A stretch of DNA of 62,554 nt, filler included, from Choristocarpus tenellus KU-1152 (taxonomy: Eukaryota > Protista > Phaeophyceae): the NCBI GenBank assembly GCA_964200185.2. It is 13 parts of 13 records of this genome, joined end to end, with 100 filler letters (N's around TTAATTAATTAA, not from the genome) between each part and the next. Parts side by side here need not be neighbours in the genome. Positions count along the whole stretch, not along the records: positions 33,252 to 37,130 come from CAXNAD020017414.1; positions 37,231 to 45,428 come from CAXNAD020005010.1; positions 45,529 to 50,774 come from CAXNAD020011365.1; 10 more parts are not named here. One strand, written 5' to 3'. Of this stretch, positions 36,100 to 49,465 are shown piece after piece. The notes beneath the pieces were generated by a model. That model saw nothing but the letters and a program-made list of their open reading frames with translations, did no database searches and was not told the DNA's origin. Within the stretch, counting starts at the first letter, position 1; each line of letters opens with the position of its first letter. Made by a program: the position numbers and the translations under genes.

Positions 36100-38254
36100 C
36101 TGGGAGGTGATTAAACAACCGGGTAAGGAATACGAGTCAGGGGCGGAAATAGGCCTATAAACCATCTTCGTACAGTTATCATAGTTTTAGCAAAAATTCA
36201 AGTATTTATAGTTGCCATCACTTGCTCGTAAAAGTGACAAATTTGCTCCCCCTAGAACATGTGACAGATATCTCTGGTACGGCTCTAATTTTGTGCAACA
36301 CATCCACATATTCTACATATCTCTGACAAATTTGTGGATGTTACTCATCCCTTCGTTAGATCTCATCCTCAAACCTTTCCGGTTCATCCCGTTGACTCAA
36401 CAGGACGAAATCAACTGGCTCACCCCTGTCTCCTCTTGTCTTAGGTAGTGAAGAAGGATGTGCGTAGTGCTTGTGATCTGTCCTCGGGAGCTACAAGGTG
36501 ACTCAACAATGTCAATGTACTATCAACAGATGGGGACTACTATGCTGTCCACCCATAGGAAACCAGCCGACAGTGGTCTCTATGTGATTTTTGCAGAGAT
36601 GGTCAAAAGGATCTGTGCTGTAATCCATCCTTCCAAGGTACACCGGAGCTCAAGCAGGACATTACCTTAGGTCTTCAAATATGTTACACATTCAAGGGTG
36701 TAGAGTAGAGTAGAGTATTAGCAATGCCAACAAACGGCATCCTTAGTACTCACGCCAATTTGCATAAAGTAAGGTCAACACAAATTTTGAGTGAGGTGTT
36801 GGATGCATACCTTCTGACACGCAGTAGAGGGAGTCAGTAAGTCAATGCCCGTGTACTCAAAGGGGCTAGAATTCCTCAAGAAGGAAACTAGAGTGGAAAC
36901 AACGGAGCACTCCGTGATGCAAGAGCTTCTAATTCAGTGTTATATATACTAGAGTACACAATTCACACCCTCCCTGAATTTCGAGGAACACAGTAGGTTG
37001 AAATTCATGAGGCAAAATAGTGTAACTATGGACAATTCTGACTTGAAAGTGTCAAATTTAGCATTCACTTAGAGGTGACTTGTAGATGTCTGGAACTGTT
37101 TCACATCTGGGTCAAAGTATCTTGGGGGGGNNNNNNNNNNNNNNNNNNNNNNNNNNNNNNNNNNNNNNNNNNNNTTAATTAATTAANNNNNNNNNNNNNN
37201 NNNNNNNNNNNNNNNNNNNNNNNNNNNNNNGTCCCAAGTCAATGGGATTGGTCACATGAAGAACTTCCATGGTTTCATTCTAACGGAAAAGTCCGTCAGT
37301 GAAATCATGGACTCTTGACCGGGAACCTCACTCGGTACCACGGTATAACGGTATAACAGTATATGGCATACGAGCAGTACGGTATAATAACAGACAAACA
37401 TGCTTTCCACAATTGTTGTCCTTTATGTCCTGGATTCCTTGTCTGGAGTATGGAGAAAGTTCGTCCTCTTTTTTAAGACAAGTCAAACACATTTAATGTA
37501 TGTTTGTGTAGGTAAGACAAGAGACACTTTATTATTTTTTTTGTCCTAGATGTTAACTATATCTTTCTATGATCATTTTTGTGCTAGATTCGAGTAACAG
37601 GGGGGTTTAGTTGAGGAGTGTGAAGAAGTACGTTTAGGTTTAGTTGAGGAGTGTGAAGAAGTACCATCGATCGTATTGGAATGAATTTAATCTGAATCGC
37701 AGATCTAAGTGAACTCCACAACATTGTGACTTGTACAACAAATGGGCTACGAATTCTCAGAATATCTCAAGTTGACGTTGATGTAGACGTCAATAATAAT
37801 TTGGAAATATGTTAGGAATATACTTGTGAGATGTACATGAGATCTGGTTAAACCTTACTTGTTATCGTTCATAAAATATAGGAAAAACATTTGTTTTCGT
37901 TCAAACATGTTCATTGAGAATCATTTTCATTTTATTTTTTCCAACAGAATTTCATTGATTGATGGATAGACTTTTGGACATATTGACGAAATTATTTTTA
38001 TGGTGTTAATATCTTCTATATATATGTCATTCAACTACAACAATAGTTTACAGTAGAAACTCATATCAGATCAACAATATATGAATGGTTCAACCAATCA
38101 GATTATCTTAAATCGACACTCCTTCCACTTCACCTGACACATGAAACTTGACATCATAGTGCACACATCAAAAACTTTGCATCAACCATAAAGCTCCTTC
38201 ACTAATCATCATTTCCTTCCTTTGTAGTAAGTTGACATTTCAGACTTGAGGATC

Positions 38255-41200
38255 ATGGATAGGAAATCCCTAAGAGGACAGAGGAGGGTAAGTGTTTGCA
38301 ACCACCTGCGTAGGGTTGTGGTATGGTGATTACTGACGTTTGCTCTCCTCATTCTCCTGTTGCCTCCCGTTCGAGATAGGGTAAAGTTGAAACTTCCCTT
38401 CCTCACTATATTGTACAATCTTTCCTCTCGCCCCCTTGCGCATCATATCAACAGCACCATAATGAGCAAACCGCACCATGCGACTCTCGCAAGCAACTAT
38501 TGGAGTTCGAATCATCTGAGCGTGTCGACCCTGAGCAAGATACAGGACATGTGTTTGTTCTCCAGTGTCAATGTGAGGGTGTTGCAGCCGATGCTTGTCT
38601 GACTGTGGCCCTAGAGAATGGAGAGATGGTTCCGTGCAACATCGATAGCACGGAAGACCAGGTCTGGCTAGCCCCAGAAAAGGAAGCGGAAGAAATCGAC
38701 GATGCATTGGTCACCCCCACGACAGTCGTATATGTGGGCAACCTTGGGGCACCAAATGGTGTCAAGAATCAAACAGAGGCTGCAAAGGCCGTCGTCAGCG
38801 TTGTAGAGAAGTTTTTCAAGCTCGTTGGTGACCAGTTCAAGGGCGAGTGGTCCAACTTCTCACGGAAGAAACCTTTGGTGAGCTATGTATGTTCGTAGAG
38901 CGTTCTTTCGAAGAATCAATCGTAAACTTTGTAGGAAGTCTACTCTGCTTTTCGGTGTTGCATGTAGAATGTTTCGCGCTGCAATATATTGTTATCGCGA
39001 AGCTTCGGGTGTCTCGTTCGACTTCGTATTAAACCATGTCTGATGGACCGTTTGTATCCCCTCGGACTTTTCCTTGTTTGTAAATTGATACCTCCAGGTG
39101 GCCATGCCGTTCCCGTGCAACGACGAAACACTCTCTGACGACATTGTGGTGACATTGCTACCGGTCATTTACCGTGCTGCCGAGACCTACCAACTGGACT
39201 TTGCTCTATGTACCCCAAACAAGGTCCACTACACTCTTCTCCAGATATTCAGGTACAAGCAACTGCGTTTCTTCACTGTTGCGATATGTATCACGTGAAG
39301 GTTACCTCTAGTGGCAGTAAATATCAGCTTTAATTAACATGCAGGTATAGCTTAGAGTACGAAAAAAAGATTTGGTGGCAACTGAAGGTGTGGGAAGAAG
39401 CAAGTTAGTTCGATCTTAGTCTTTCAATGTCGACACAATAGGTAATGTTGCAATGTACGGAGGCACTCGTATATACCCTTTAGAGCATTGCAATGTAGTT
39501 GGTTACTAGGTTCTCTGCTGAATTATACGTATGGTATATTCTTGGCAGAGGAATGCAGCCGTTACTCAGAGTACATAGTTTCTTCCTGTTCCACCAGCCA
39601 GCTGCCCATATCTCTTCCTACATTCACCATACAACATATTGCAACTGTTTATTTCTGTCCTACATCACTGGAATATCTCTTTATTATCTGCTAACCATAA
39701 ATGTGCTGCAGAGATGACCTGTGTCCATGGAATGATGGTCCATTTTGGATGGTCTCAGATGATCTTATGGAAGTTGCCAAGGATTTAGCAGCCATAGCAA
39801 AAGAGGGAATGCTTGTCACCTTCTTCGGTGCTGGTGTTAGCTATTGCGCTGGAGCTCCATCGTGGTCAGGACTTCTGCAGGTCAGAACAGTAAATGTTAT
39901 CTCACACTTTTGAGTGGTAAAACAAGTTACAAACATTGTTGGGTCGCTTAAATTTCTCATACACAGTATTCTTACGCCTTGGCAGTTACAGAGTATCAGT
40001 CTGGAGGTTGCTGAGTGCATTTTTTCTGAATCGTGGGTGGAAGGTGGACAGTCATTGAGGTAAAGGACACAGCAGTAGGAAGTCAAGCAACAGGGCCTAT
40101 GGTTGTTGGAGAGCATCAAATATGTAAGTGCATGATACGTATGACTTGCTCTGGTACCTTGCCAACCTTTTGATTTGTGTTGTGCTATAATGTACTTATA
40201 TATTGGATATATACAGTACTTGGCAAAGCAGGCAGGCTTCAGTGACACTCAATGTGAGGATCTGACTGGACTGGACTACCTGGACCAGGCCACTCTACTT
40301 GAGAAATCCTTCCCTGGTGACGAATTCAAGACCCAGGTCAGTAAGCAACTAAATGTGCCAGTTAGTAACTCAAATGAGCCAGCTCTTAAAATGAATAGGG
40401 ATGGCTGTATGGCCAGCGATTTTGCCAGCTGATATCTACATAAATATTTATCAGCTTCACATACATTGAATTGTTTATGGGTTTGGAATCTAGCTAGTGA
40501 GCTGGTTATTTAACACTTCTTGCATGCTTGAGAGTCTCATACATAAAAATTGTGTGCTAACGCCCTGAATAGCAACAGGATACAGTTGGCAATATGAGGC
40601 CGCTTGTGTGAAACTCGAGATCGGGACAGTGGGGCTTCCACAAGAGGGATTTGGACATCCTCTATACAGTGTGGATAAGTGATGAGTGTAGTTGCATAAC
40701 CCATCTCCACCACACAAGGCGAATACAAGCTTATCAAATACATTCAAAATCAGTAAATGACTTTAAAAAAAAACAGTCAAAAAATTGACAAAAGAACCAA
40801 GAGTGTAGGGTTTGAACTTGTGGCAGTATTGTTTGGTGTACAATATCTCTGTTGTGAGTCTCTGTTGTGAGTACCTGCTTACTGATCCAACCATATGTCA
40901 ACCTTCAGTACCCCCATGCTCTGTGCATCACCTTTCCTCTGCCACCTACAGATTGCTAATGCTGTAGATGCGGAACAATTTACTCCACACCACTCCTTGC
41001 TAGCTACCCTGGGTTGCCAATCTATCACAACAAACTACGATTCCTTGTTTGAGGCTGCTGCAAAGAGCGGTGGCGATGAGGTTATTGTCTTGCCACAGCA
41101 GGTTGAAAAGTGAGTTACTATATTTTGAACAAATTTTTATCTGCAGACCAACTTTGTGTGCGTTTGTGGAAAGATCATGATGCCTACATTGGATCATTAG

Positions 41201-43563
41201 ATAGAAACAGTAGCGTAAGGGCAGACCGAGTTATGACAAATGAACTGGACTTGTGAAGATCATTACATTAACTGCCATTATTACTCTATGTTCAGTTCAT
41301 CTGCATTGCTGAAATGCAGACAGGTCTGTACGCCTCAGTATATCACTTGTAAGAGTTTTAACCGCAAGGGGATTAAGGGACACATGTAATGCGTTAACAC
41401 TTTTTTGGGGGTTACATATATCTTACCTTAAAACATGCTTTTCTTTTCTTTTTCCTCAAGTAAAAAAACTTAGCAGACTAATTCACTGAATAAAGCTCAT
41501 TGACAGTACCACATCAAGCATGTCATCCATACTCCGTATCATTCATAGTCCGATTGTTTTTTCTTTTGTCAATTTACTCAAAAGGGCGGGGGTTCAACCT
41601 GAGACCTTGGAAGGAGAGGATTGCCCTACCTGGCTGCTCAAGGTTCATGGGACAGTTGAAGACCCACCAAGCATTGTTCTTTCAAGGGAGGACTACATGC
41701 GGTGAGACCTTGATTGAGTTAAACTAGGCACACTAACCCCTTCGTTTCCACTGTAAAATTATTTGACAGGGCTTTACAATTGAATCCACTATTTCCTTCA
41801 TTGCTGAAACTCTTCCTGTGAAACCTTAATTTGTTGTTTCAGTTGGTCGGAGATAACAAGTCAGCGCTATTTTCATGTTCCATTACATTACCTGGGGAAT
41901 GACCAAAAGAACCAACGTAGTGTACCATATCTCAATTTTTTTTCGTAATTACGGTAACTAGCATTTGTAATTTTTCCGCAGGTATTACGCCAACAAGTCT
42001 GCTCTTTTGGGAATGGTTGCACATGAGATGATCGTCAGCCACGTCCTCATCCTGGGCTTCAGTATGACGGATACACACCTTCATGAGTCCATTGACACAG
42101 TGCGGCGTATATTGCCTAATGTTTGTGAGAGGAAACTTGGGACAATTGTTATGCTCAAGGTGAGGTTTCTTTCTTTGTAAGTACCTGTTTTGGCCTTCTG
42201 CTAGGTTTTGCTGAAATGTCTCCTTATGGATGTGTGGTTCCAAGTTCACGATAATCGTAATGTAATGTAGAGGGAAATGTAAGTAGGGAAGCGTTGGAAT
42301 AGCATCTTCAAAGATGTGTAAAGTGATCTATTTTCTTCAAATCAGCAGAAATTTTTATTTTTTGACACAAAGAGAGTGAAAACATTTTCATTAAGTTACA
42401 CAGCATAAATTATAATCTTTTCACTTTATTTTTCTAGAATATTTTCAATGTGTTGTTTTTAATGGGGTTGATATTTTGAGTTTTGTTCGTGATAGTTGGT
42501 CACAGTTTTCCAGTTTGGAGGTAATTGTCCATGTTCTGTGGCAAAAAAGGTAGTCAAATTCTGAAAATGTTCCTACATCCCTACCTCCCTGTACTCTGCA
42601 CCTGGCTGCAGGAGAATGCCATGTTCACAGCTCTCTGGGAGAAAGAGTTCAACGTTGTCTATATGGTGGACAAAGATGGATCTTCTTCTACTGGAGCGTG
42701 GTACCTTGATGCATTCATTGACTGCTTTGTCAACATGGTGCAAAGAAAGAGTCAGAGGTGAGTAGGGTGAATAGCCTACAGAGACACATTCTCTCGGAAC
42801 CTTTAGGGATGATGGGATTCAAGTTCTTTTCTTGTGTCCATAAATAAACCCCCTCTATTTCCCCTCAATTGATATCTAGGAAAGAATGTCCAAAAGTGCA
42901 GTTTGTCCATTCCACCTCAAAGAAGCTGCCGCCTCTTTGGTACTAGGAATTCCACTTAACTACACAACACACATAAATTGAACTTTACTTGTAAATAAAA
43001 AAGAGGAAATATTTCTCCCCCCCCGCCTTGAAAAGATTGGGTACACACTTTGTACAGTTTTGTGATCTTGAATGGTGCACGACCTGTCTCTAACTCTCCA
43101 TTGTCCTCCACATGTAATACGGCTTCCTAACCGTGGGATAAAATACAGGGGGCTTATTATGCACCCAAAGATGAGGGAGTTCTTCACTCCTGCACAGGAC
43201 ACGATGTTCAACAGTGTGAAAGAAATGTTGGCAACCATTGGTGAGCGTCCATCTGATGAGGATGGTGCTGCCATGTGGGACAGGCTTTACAGATTTGGGA
43301 AGGTGAGAACGCTCTTCAATAACTTGTGCTGTCCTTTACTATTGTTCTGAAAGCCAGGTGTGCTGACTACCCAAAATCCTAGGGTTGAGTTGAGTGAAGG
43401 TATGATTTACTCTGTCAAGGCTTACGTTTCGGTATATAAAATCATCCCTGCACACCTTGCTCACCACCTTCCTTGGTTGTCTTAATGGCCTGGACTTGTT
43501 TCTTCTTCTTCATACCACCAGAAACTTGGACTGGAGAAGAGCCTTCTTCCTTCCTCAGGTTGA
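38255..43563 (+). CDS. Macro-like plus SIR2_2 (defence-type sirtuin) protein, 11 exons, ~564 aa
   Basis: Exons 38255-38287, 38455-38877, 39098-39252, 39712-39880, 40217-40336, 40952-41109, 41585-41701, 41982-42159, 42612-42757, 43149-43302, 43522-43563. All introns are GT-AG, phases match, total 1695 nt. Motifs FFGAGVS…PSW, ITTNYD, LLKVHG…IVLSREDY, LGFSMTD. Confidence 0.88.
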
Positions 43564-45528
43564 CCAGATGTCGTCAATGAAGCAACCTGCACAGCACATC
43601 AAATAAAGACATTTTTGTCAAGGGGCACTGAAGTATATTGCTGTGTTGAATGGTTGACAAGATACGACTGATTTACTCACTGGCAATCACAAATCAACCT
43701 AAACTTTTGTAGCTCAATAGTCTTATGTCTGCGCCACAACATTGTGGAGGATTAGTAGTGGACATTGGCTGGATCTACATCTCTGAAGATCATATTGCTT
43801 GTGGATATCTGGGTGGGTAGGCCATGGTTCGCCCAGTCTGTTGTAGTGAAAAGGACAGTTTCTATTACTCTATTTGGGGCTGAGAGTTTTTCTAGCTAGA
43901 ATAGTTTCCTGCTGGTGTGAGGGAGATGTGTTGCTCCCAATTTTCCCATTTTGGGAAGGAAGTTTGTTCATTCTGGGTTGAAATTCTTTGTTTCTGTGTC
44001 TTTCTTTTAACTATCTCACTTCTTCACTCCTTCACTTCTGCACTGTAGGGCTTCGCTTTTTTTTCGTGACCTACACCTTACGGGTATTTTATTAATTGCT
44101 ATCAACCTTTCTTACTTTCATTGTGGGGCAAGGGTGTTCGAAACTTGACCTGCTATTGTAGTATGTCAGTTTCGTGTTTTGGATCGATAATGAATCTACT
44201 GGTGTTGACTTTGCTTTGATTTTGCAACAGTATGCCAAGCGTTGAGCGTGGGACTGATCTTTCCTCTTTTTTTATAGCGTTTTTCACAGTCCTTCAAGTC
44301 GAGTGACTGTGTGAGTATTTTGGTGGTTGGAATATTTGAATGATGCGTGTAAGAATCTGAAAGAGGGTAAAAAATGATCAATTTCTCAACCTTTCATAGG
44401 TAATAGAGTTTGCAAATAAGAAGCAATTTGTATATCATGCCCTCTTCAACAGAAGAATTTCCATTCCAGTATTTTGTTGAGTTTGTACTAGGTACCCGCA
44501 ACATCATCTTTGGTCAAGAAACGTTCACGATCACACATAAGTATACAAATAGACCAGGTAGATTTGAATTACGTATCAAGAACAAGTGTCACACACACAT
44601 CTTAGTGCAAATCTAATTCGAGCAACGATTTTTTACGCTAAGAATATTCAGGGTGAGAGACATAAAAGAAACAACTTTCAATCTGCATCAGAGCTAGAAC
44701 AAAGGGAACAAAAATTACCCCAAAAATAGCCCTCCTGTTAATGTGTTGATTCTTTACAAAGCATCACCTCTTCTACACTCTATTTTATTGCCTTCGTTTC
44801 CCTACATCTCTAGTTCTTAACAATGAAGAGTCTTCAACGAAGCAAGATTAATTCCTATTGACAGAGAAGCCTCGTTACATTCCTATATCTGCGATTTTCG
44901 GCCAGTAATTTTTCCATTTCATTCTTGTTACATCCGGTTCGGAATTAAATGTGACACAACTATTGCCCTCCAAAGAAGCAAGTTTTATTTCACATGTTCA
45001 TATTTTATTAGTGTATTGCGCAGACACTAAAGGGTTGCCAATCAAAATCTCAAAACAAAATGGAGCAGGTTACACCTATCTATGGCCCCACTCCCGAAAC
45101 CCTCCAAAATTCCTTTCTAGTATGTTGTTCCGCCGTATCCACAGGGTATTTGAGGGAAATTTGTCCACCTTCTCAGTTTTTTCCTTGCTAAGATGAATTT
45201 TGGAGGTATTGTCACCCTTGCTTCCCAGAACTTCACCGTACACTGTGAAGAGGCTTCTGCTAGACACATACACATTGATCGTGTCCATTGTGGCCTCCAC
45301 CAGGTTCTCAGTTGCCATCCTCACGCCTTGCTTCATTTGTGATCTGGCTATCACGATTCTTTAGATAACAGGGGAATCTCAAAATTGAGGAAGGCGCGGG
45401 ACTATGAGGATTGTTTATTTGTTAAAACNNNNNNNNNNNNNNNNNNNNNNNNNNNNNNNNNNNNNNNNNNNNTTAATTAATTAANNNNNNNNNNNNNNNN
45501 NNNNNNNNNNNNNNNNNNNNNNNNNNNN

Positions 45529-45666
45529 GGTCAAATTGTTCATGTCGCGATTTTGGGGTGATTTGGTTGCATACGTCAAATGGATAAGGTAAATGCACTT
45601 TTCCTTATTTTGGCCCAAATAGACACCCTGATGGAGACTCCCCCACCCCCCCAGATACTTTGGGTC
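45529..45666. mobile_element. MITE family B, partial
   Basis: Similar to 595-743; ends CCCCCAGATACTTTGGGTC. Confidence 0.75.
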
Positions 45667-45775
45667 CCCTATGCTACAAAAAAAACACTACAAACCTTCG
45701 AACCATGACTCATTGTGTCCAGGTGAGTACTGCACAAGATTCGAGAGGGGGAGGTGGAGAACAAACAGTGAGATA

Positions 45776-46019
45776 GAGTCAAGCATTTAAGAGGGTAGGA
45801 GTTTCGCCCTGTTGTTCCATCCGGGGCTTGGCTTCCCACGGGGGTTATTTGCCCTTTTTCGGTTTTTCTGTGTGAACACAGTTACCTAAAATGTATACGA
45901 CTATGAAAGATGTGTTCAAGGATATTGACACTTCCTAACAAACACAACAGCCAAAATTAGTAAAATCACAACATTGGATTTATGATCCCGAATGCATGCG
46001 ACCCTACCCTCTTTGGGTC
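45776..46019 (-). mobile_element. Diverged MITE family A copy
   Basis: Colinear with 49212-49465 (GAGGGTAGGAG…GGCTTGGCTTCCC…GGATATTGACACTTCCTAACAAACA…ACATTGGATTT…CTACCCTCT). Confidence 0.75.
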
Positions 46020-46269
46020 ATGGCCAAAGATCACTCCTGAAGTGCAGCATGTAGAGTCTCTGACCACGAACCAGGGGTAGGTAGAGTCAAGTTAGTTCCT
46101 ATTCCCAGACTATAATGCATATAATAATGATGAAAATTATACCCCACTTATTTCAAAAAAAATTTATAGAGCAAGTAACTGGGTCACCATGCAATACAAC
46201 ATATAAAAAATTACTCCTATTACCACTTGACAAAGATGCTTCCATCCAGGTCATCCCCCTGATTAGGTA

Positions 46270-49200
46270 TGTTTGAACCTAGGATCATTAAAGAGTGTTT
46301 TGGCAGTACCGATACTACTGTGTGTAATTGCACCAGGATCTCTTGGGAGGGTTAGGATTATTAAATTGGTCCCACCAAACGCCTGCATACTTACAACACT
46401 GACCTGTCGATGTTTACCACTGCAAAAAGGAAAGTCAGTACCCCATGCACTGTCAACATGCACAGAAAAGGCAGGACAGAGTAAACCAAGCCCGGCCAGC
46501 GCCTTTTAGGTGAGCTAAGAAACCCCACCACAAGAGGAACCCCAATAACTCCCACAAGAATGAGAGGACTGACGACAACACTCATCCCAATGAGGACAAA
46601 GGCATTGAAGGCTATCCACAGGATAGATGTCACACGAAACCAGCACGCCAGCTCACTGGGGTGGTACCCGTTCAAGCAACACAGCAACAGAGAAGAGGAG
46701 GCGCTTGAGGAAACCTTCCTTGACTCTTTGGTGTATGTTTTGTATACCAGATTCAGGGTAGGCGGGTAAGGATACCAAGAGAATGCAGGTTGCGATAAGG
46801 ATATGGGTTTCCAATTTTAAAGACTCATGGACTGAAATAAGGATCTGTTCAATCGGTCGCAACAAGGACAGCATGCTATATGTTAGTAATACATCACTCA
46901 CTTGTGGGTGCGCTCTGTGTAGACAAGAATGTTGATAGCCAGGAAGAACCAGATGGCAACAAATGCTACCCACCTCACAGAGATCAAATGTCCAAAGATG
47001 TCGACCTCTAGTTCAGACTCAGAAGGCCTTACGGGTCATTATACAGAGAGAAGGGCACAACAAATATGGGGAGAGAGGACTATAACACAAGGAGGATGTC
47101 ACAAGAGTAAAATACTGTGTACTCATACGTAGTTGTGAGAACAAGAAGCTTTGTGTAACGGAAAGTAGGAAGAGAAGGGATGGCTATGTCCGCCCCCCAA
47201 CACCCTTTCGGGCCAGCATTTTAAGGCTATGGCACCTCTCAAAACATCATTATTTTGACCCAAAGTAATTGAAAGGTCGGCAGGATTTAGCCCTTTTACA
47301 CTCCCCGCCACATTTCTTGCCCTGTTCGATATACCCTGTTTCATTGCTTGATGTCCATGGTAGTGTACTCACGATTAAAATCTTTGAGCGAATGTACGAG
47401 AGTGACATCTTATATCCCTTCTTGAGACCCTTCAAATACAACTTTTCCTACCTCTCAGTTACTTTTGCTCACCTGTCAATTACTTCTTTGGGTGCCTGCA
47501 TTTCAAGACAAAGGTTGTTTGGCCTCCCCTACATTCTAAACTTTGACCTGATCCACAAATATAGATAATACCAGTAGTGAAATTGCATCGGATCAATCAA
47601 CTAAATTCAACACAAATACAATTGCAGCAATGTGCACGTGAGGATTGGCGTGAATGCCTCTATCGATGCAATTCGCAGGAGAAGGATGGTACAGACTTGA
47701 CTTCCGCTCAACAAGAAAGAAATGGGGCAAAAATCGTTGCGCCACACACCTTCCATAGAGACTCCCCACAATGAACCCTGTCCCATCTGCAAGGAGGGCC
47801 GGCATAAAGGCGACATTGGTGTGGAGAAAAATATTATATAGAAGTACATACAATCCCACACTGGATAGAAGCAGAAAGAAATGCAGAGGGTCGAGGGAAA
47901 AGGGGAGAGGAAGCACTGTTGGAGATGAGCAGATTGGTTTAACTGGGGTGTCAGAGGTGAATGAAAAACCTATACATGTAATCAACATTGTACTTTGAGC
48001 AGGCCATTGAAGTAGATTGCAGTAGATCATGCACATGCATAAAATGCATTACACCAAGTGTAGGAGGCACTTGGAATGTTACATTGCACTCACAGATCTG
48101 AACAAAAAATATCGCTAATAGAAGGAAAATCTCCGTCAAAAACACATATTGGTATACCAACCACCAAAGAGTGCCCACTCAACCAAAACGTTCAATTTAT
48201 GTCTCCAAAAAATAATGGCAGTAAATATATAAATTTGTAAATACTATTGGTACAGCAGTCAGGTGAGAGCGTTCCATATATGTAGTAGACCTAAATCCAC
48301 TCTCCCCAGGACAGCTCCCCCCCTATGTTTCCTCTGAGAGGCATGGGCTTGTACTTCCAGTTTAGATTGGCATTTGCTTGAGGACGCCCTCATCCAAACA
48401 CATATGATCATCCAGATAGTTTACCAACAAACCCCATGTTAAATCGATAAAATGTGTTCATTCCACTTTCATGTACGTCTGGAAAACGCAGGAAAATTCG
48501 GGGTTCTTTTGGATGTCGCTCGATAATTTCTCTTTCAGTATATGAAAAAGTAGTCATATCATGCATTACGTCTGTGTTGCCTAGGCGTTTGGTGTGTTTT
48601 AACTGGTTGGCAATGCCATGATACCAGTTGGGTTGAACATCTATACTCACATCCACCTGCCATTTCGAAGTTGAAAGAAGCTGTTCTTTCCAGTAAGATG
48701 AGACAATGTCCCAGCAATGGAACCTGCAGCCCACCGTCTGCAATCATCGTACAAAATGGTGTGCAGACCAATCAGAGTCGGTTCAGTTGAGTGGGCAAAT
48801 TTGTGCAACATGAAACGTAATACTCGCTAAGAACATTAATCCGAAATACTTGCATACACATCATAAATACGTTTCAGTGCAAGCAAAGCCATACTACTTC
48901 ACACGGCATCCACTTAAGTGCCTCATTCAAACAACCACTTTCGCACAGAGATCAGAGCTACACCATCTTTCCACAGGTAGTCATCTGTCCAGACTCTATT
49001 AGATGGAAGAATCGAAGTAACACATTCAAGTCCCAATAGTGACCACCAACCTCCGCTGACCATAGAACTCTGTCCACGTCTCTGGCACATGGGTGGTGGT
49101 GTCACACGTGCCACACGATCGACAGTCATACCCCCGTTCCCTCAACATGACTGCTATCCCTGTGTCCTCAGAGTTGTCCAAGAGACTATGGAGGACAGCG
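46270..49200 (-). pseudogene. Possible decayed multi-pass membrane protein gene
   Basis: Several long hydrophobic segments on the minus strand (TLWWLVYQYVFLTEIFLLLAIFF, RWVAFVAIWFFLAINILVY, ILWIAFNAFVLIGMSVVVSPLILVGVIGVPLVVGFL) broken by stops; family not recognised. Confidence 0.25.
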
Positions 49201-49211
49201 ATCAAATTAGG

Positions 49212-49465
49212 GAGTGAAAGTATCTTAGAGGGTACGAGTTTTTCTCTGTCCATTTGGGACTTGGCTTCCCGCAGGTTTTAATGGCATTTTACCTACTCCA
49301 AAACGTTTCGAAGTAGGTAAAATGTGTAAGTTATGAAAAGGTGTATCCAGAACAAGGATATTGACATCTCCTAACAAACATGATTGCCAAAATTACATCA
49401 AAATTGCAGCATTGGATTTTCGCCCCCAAATGGACGTTGCTCTACCCTCTAAGATACTTTAACTC
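49212..49465 (-). mobile_element. Full-length MITE family A (254 bp)
   Basis: GAGTGAAAGTATCTTAGAGGGTA…TACCCTCTAAGATACTTTAACTC; reverse-orientation homolog of 15634-15890. Confidence 0.88.

Noticed and set aside
22065-43563. Ankyrin, LRR, kinase, MBD4 and SIR2 genes as an immunity or defence cluster
   Set aside because: They lie on different scaffolds separated by artificial linkers; adjacency carries no information.
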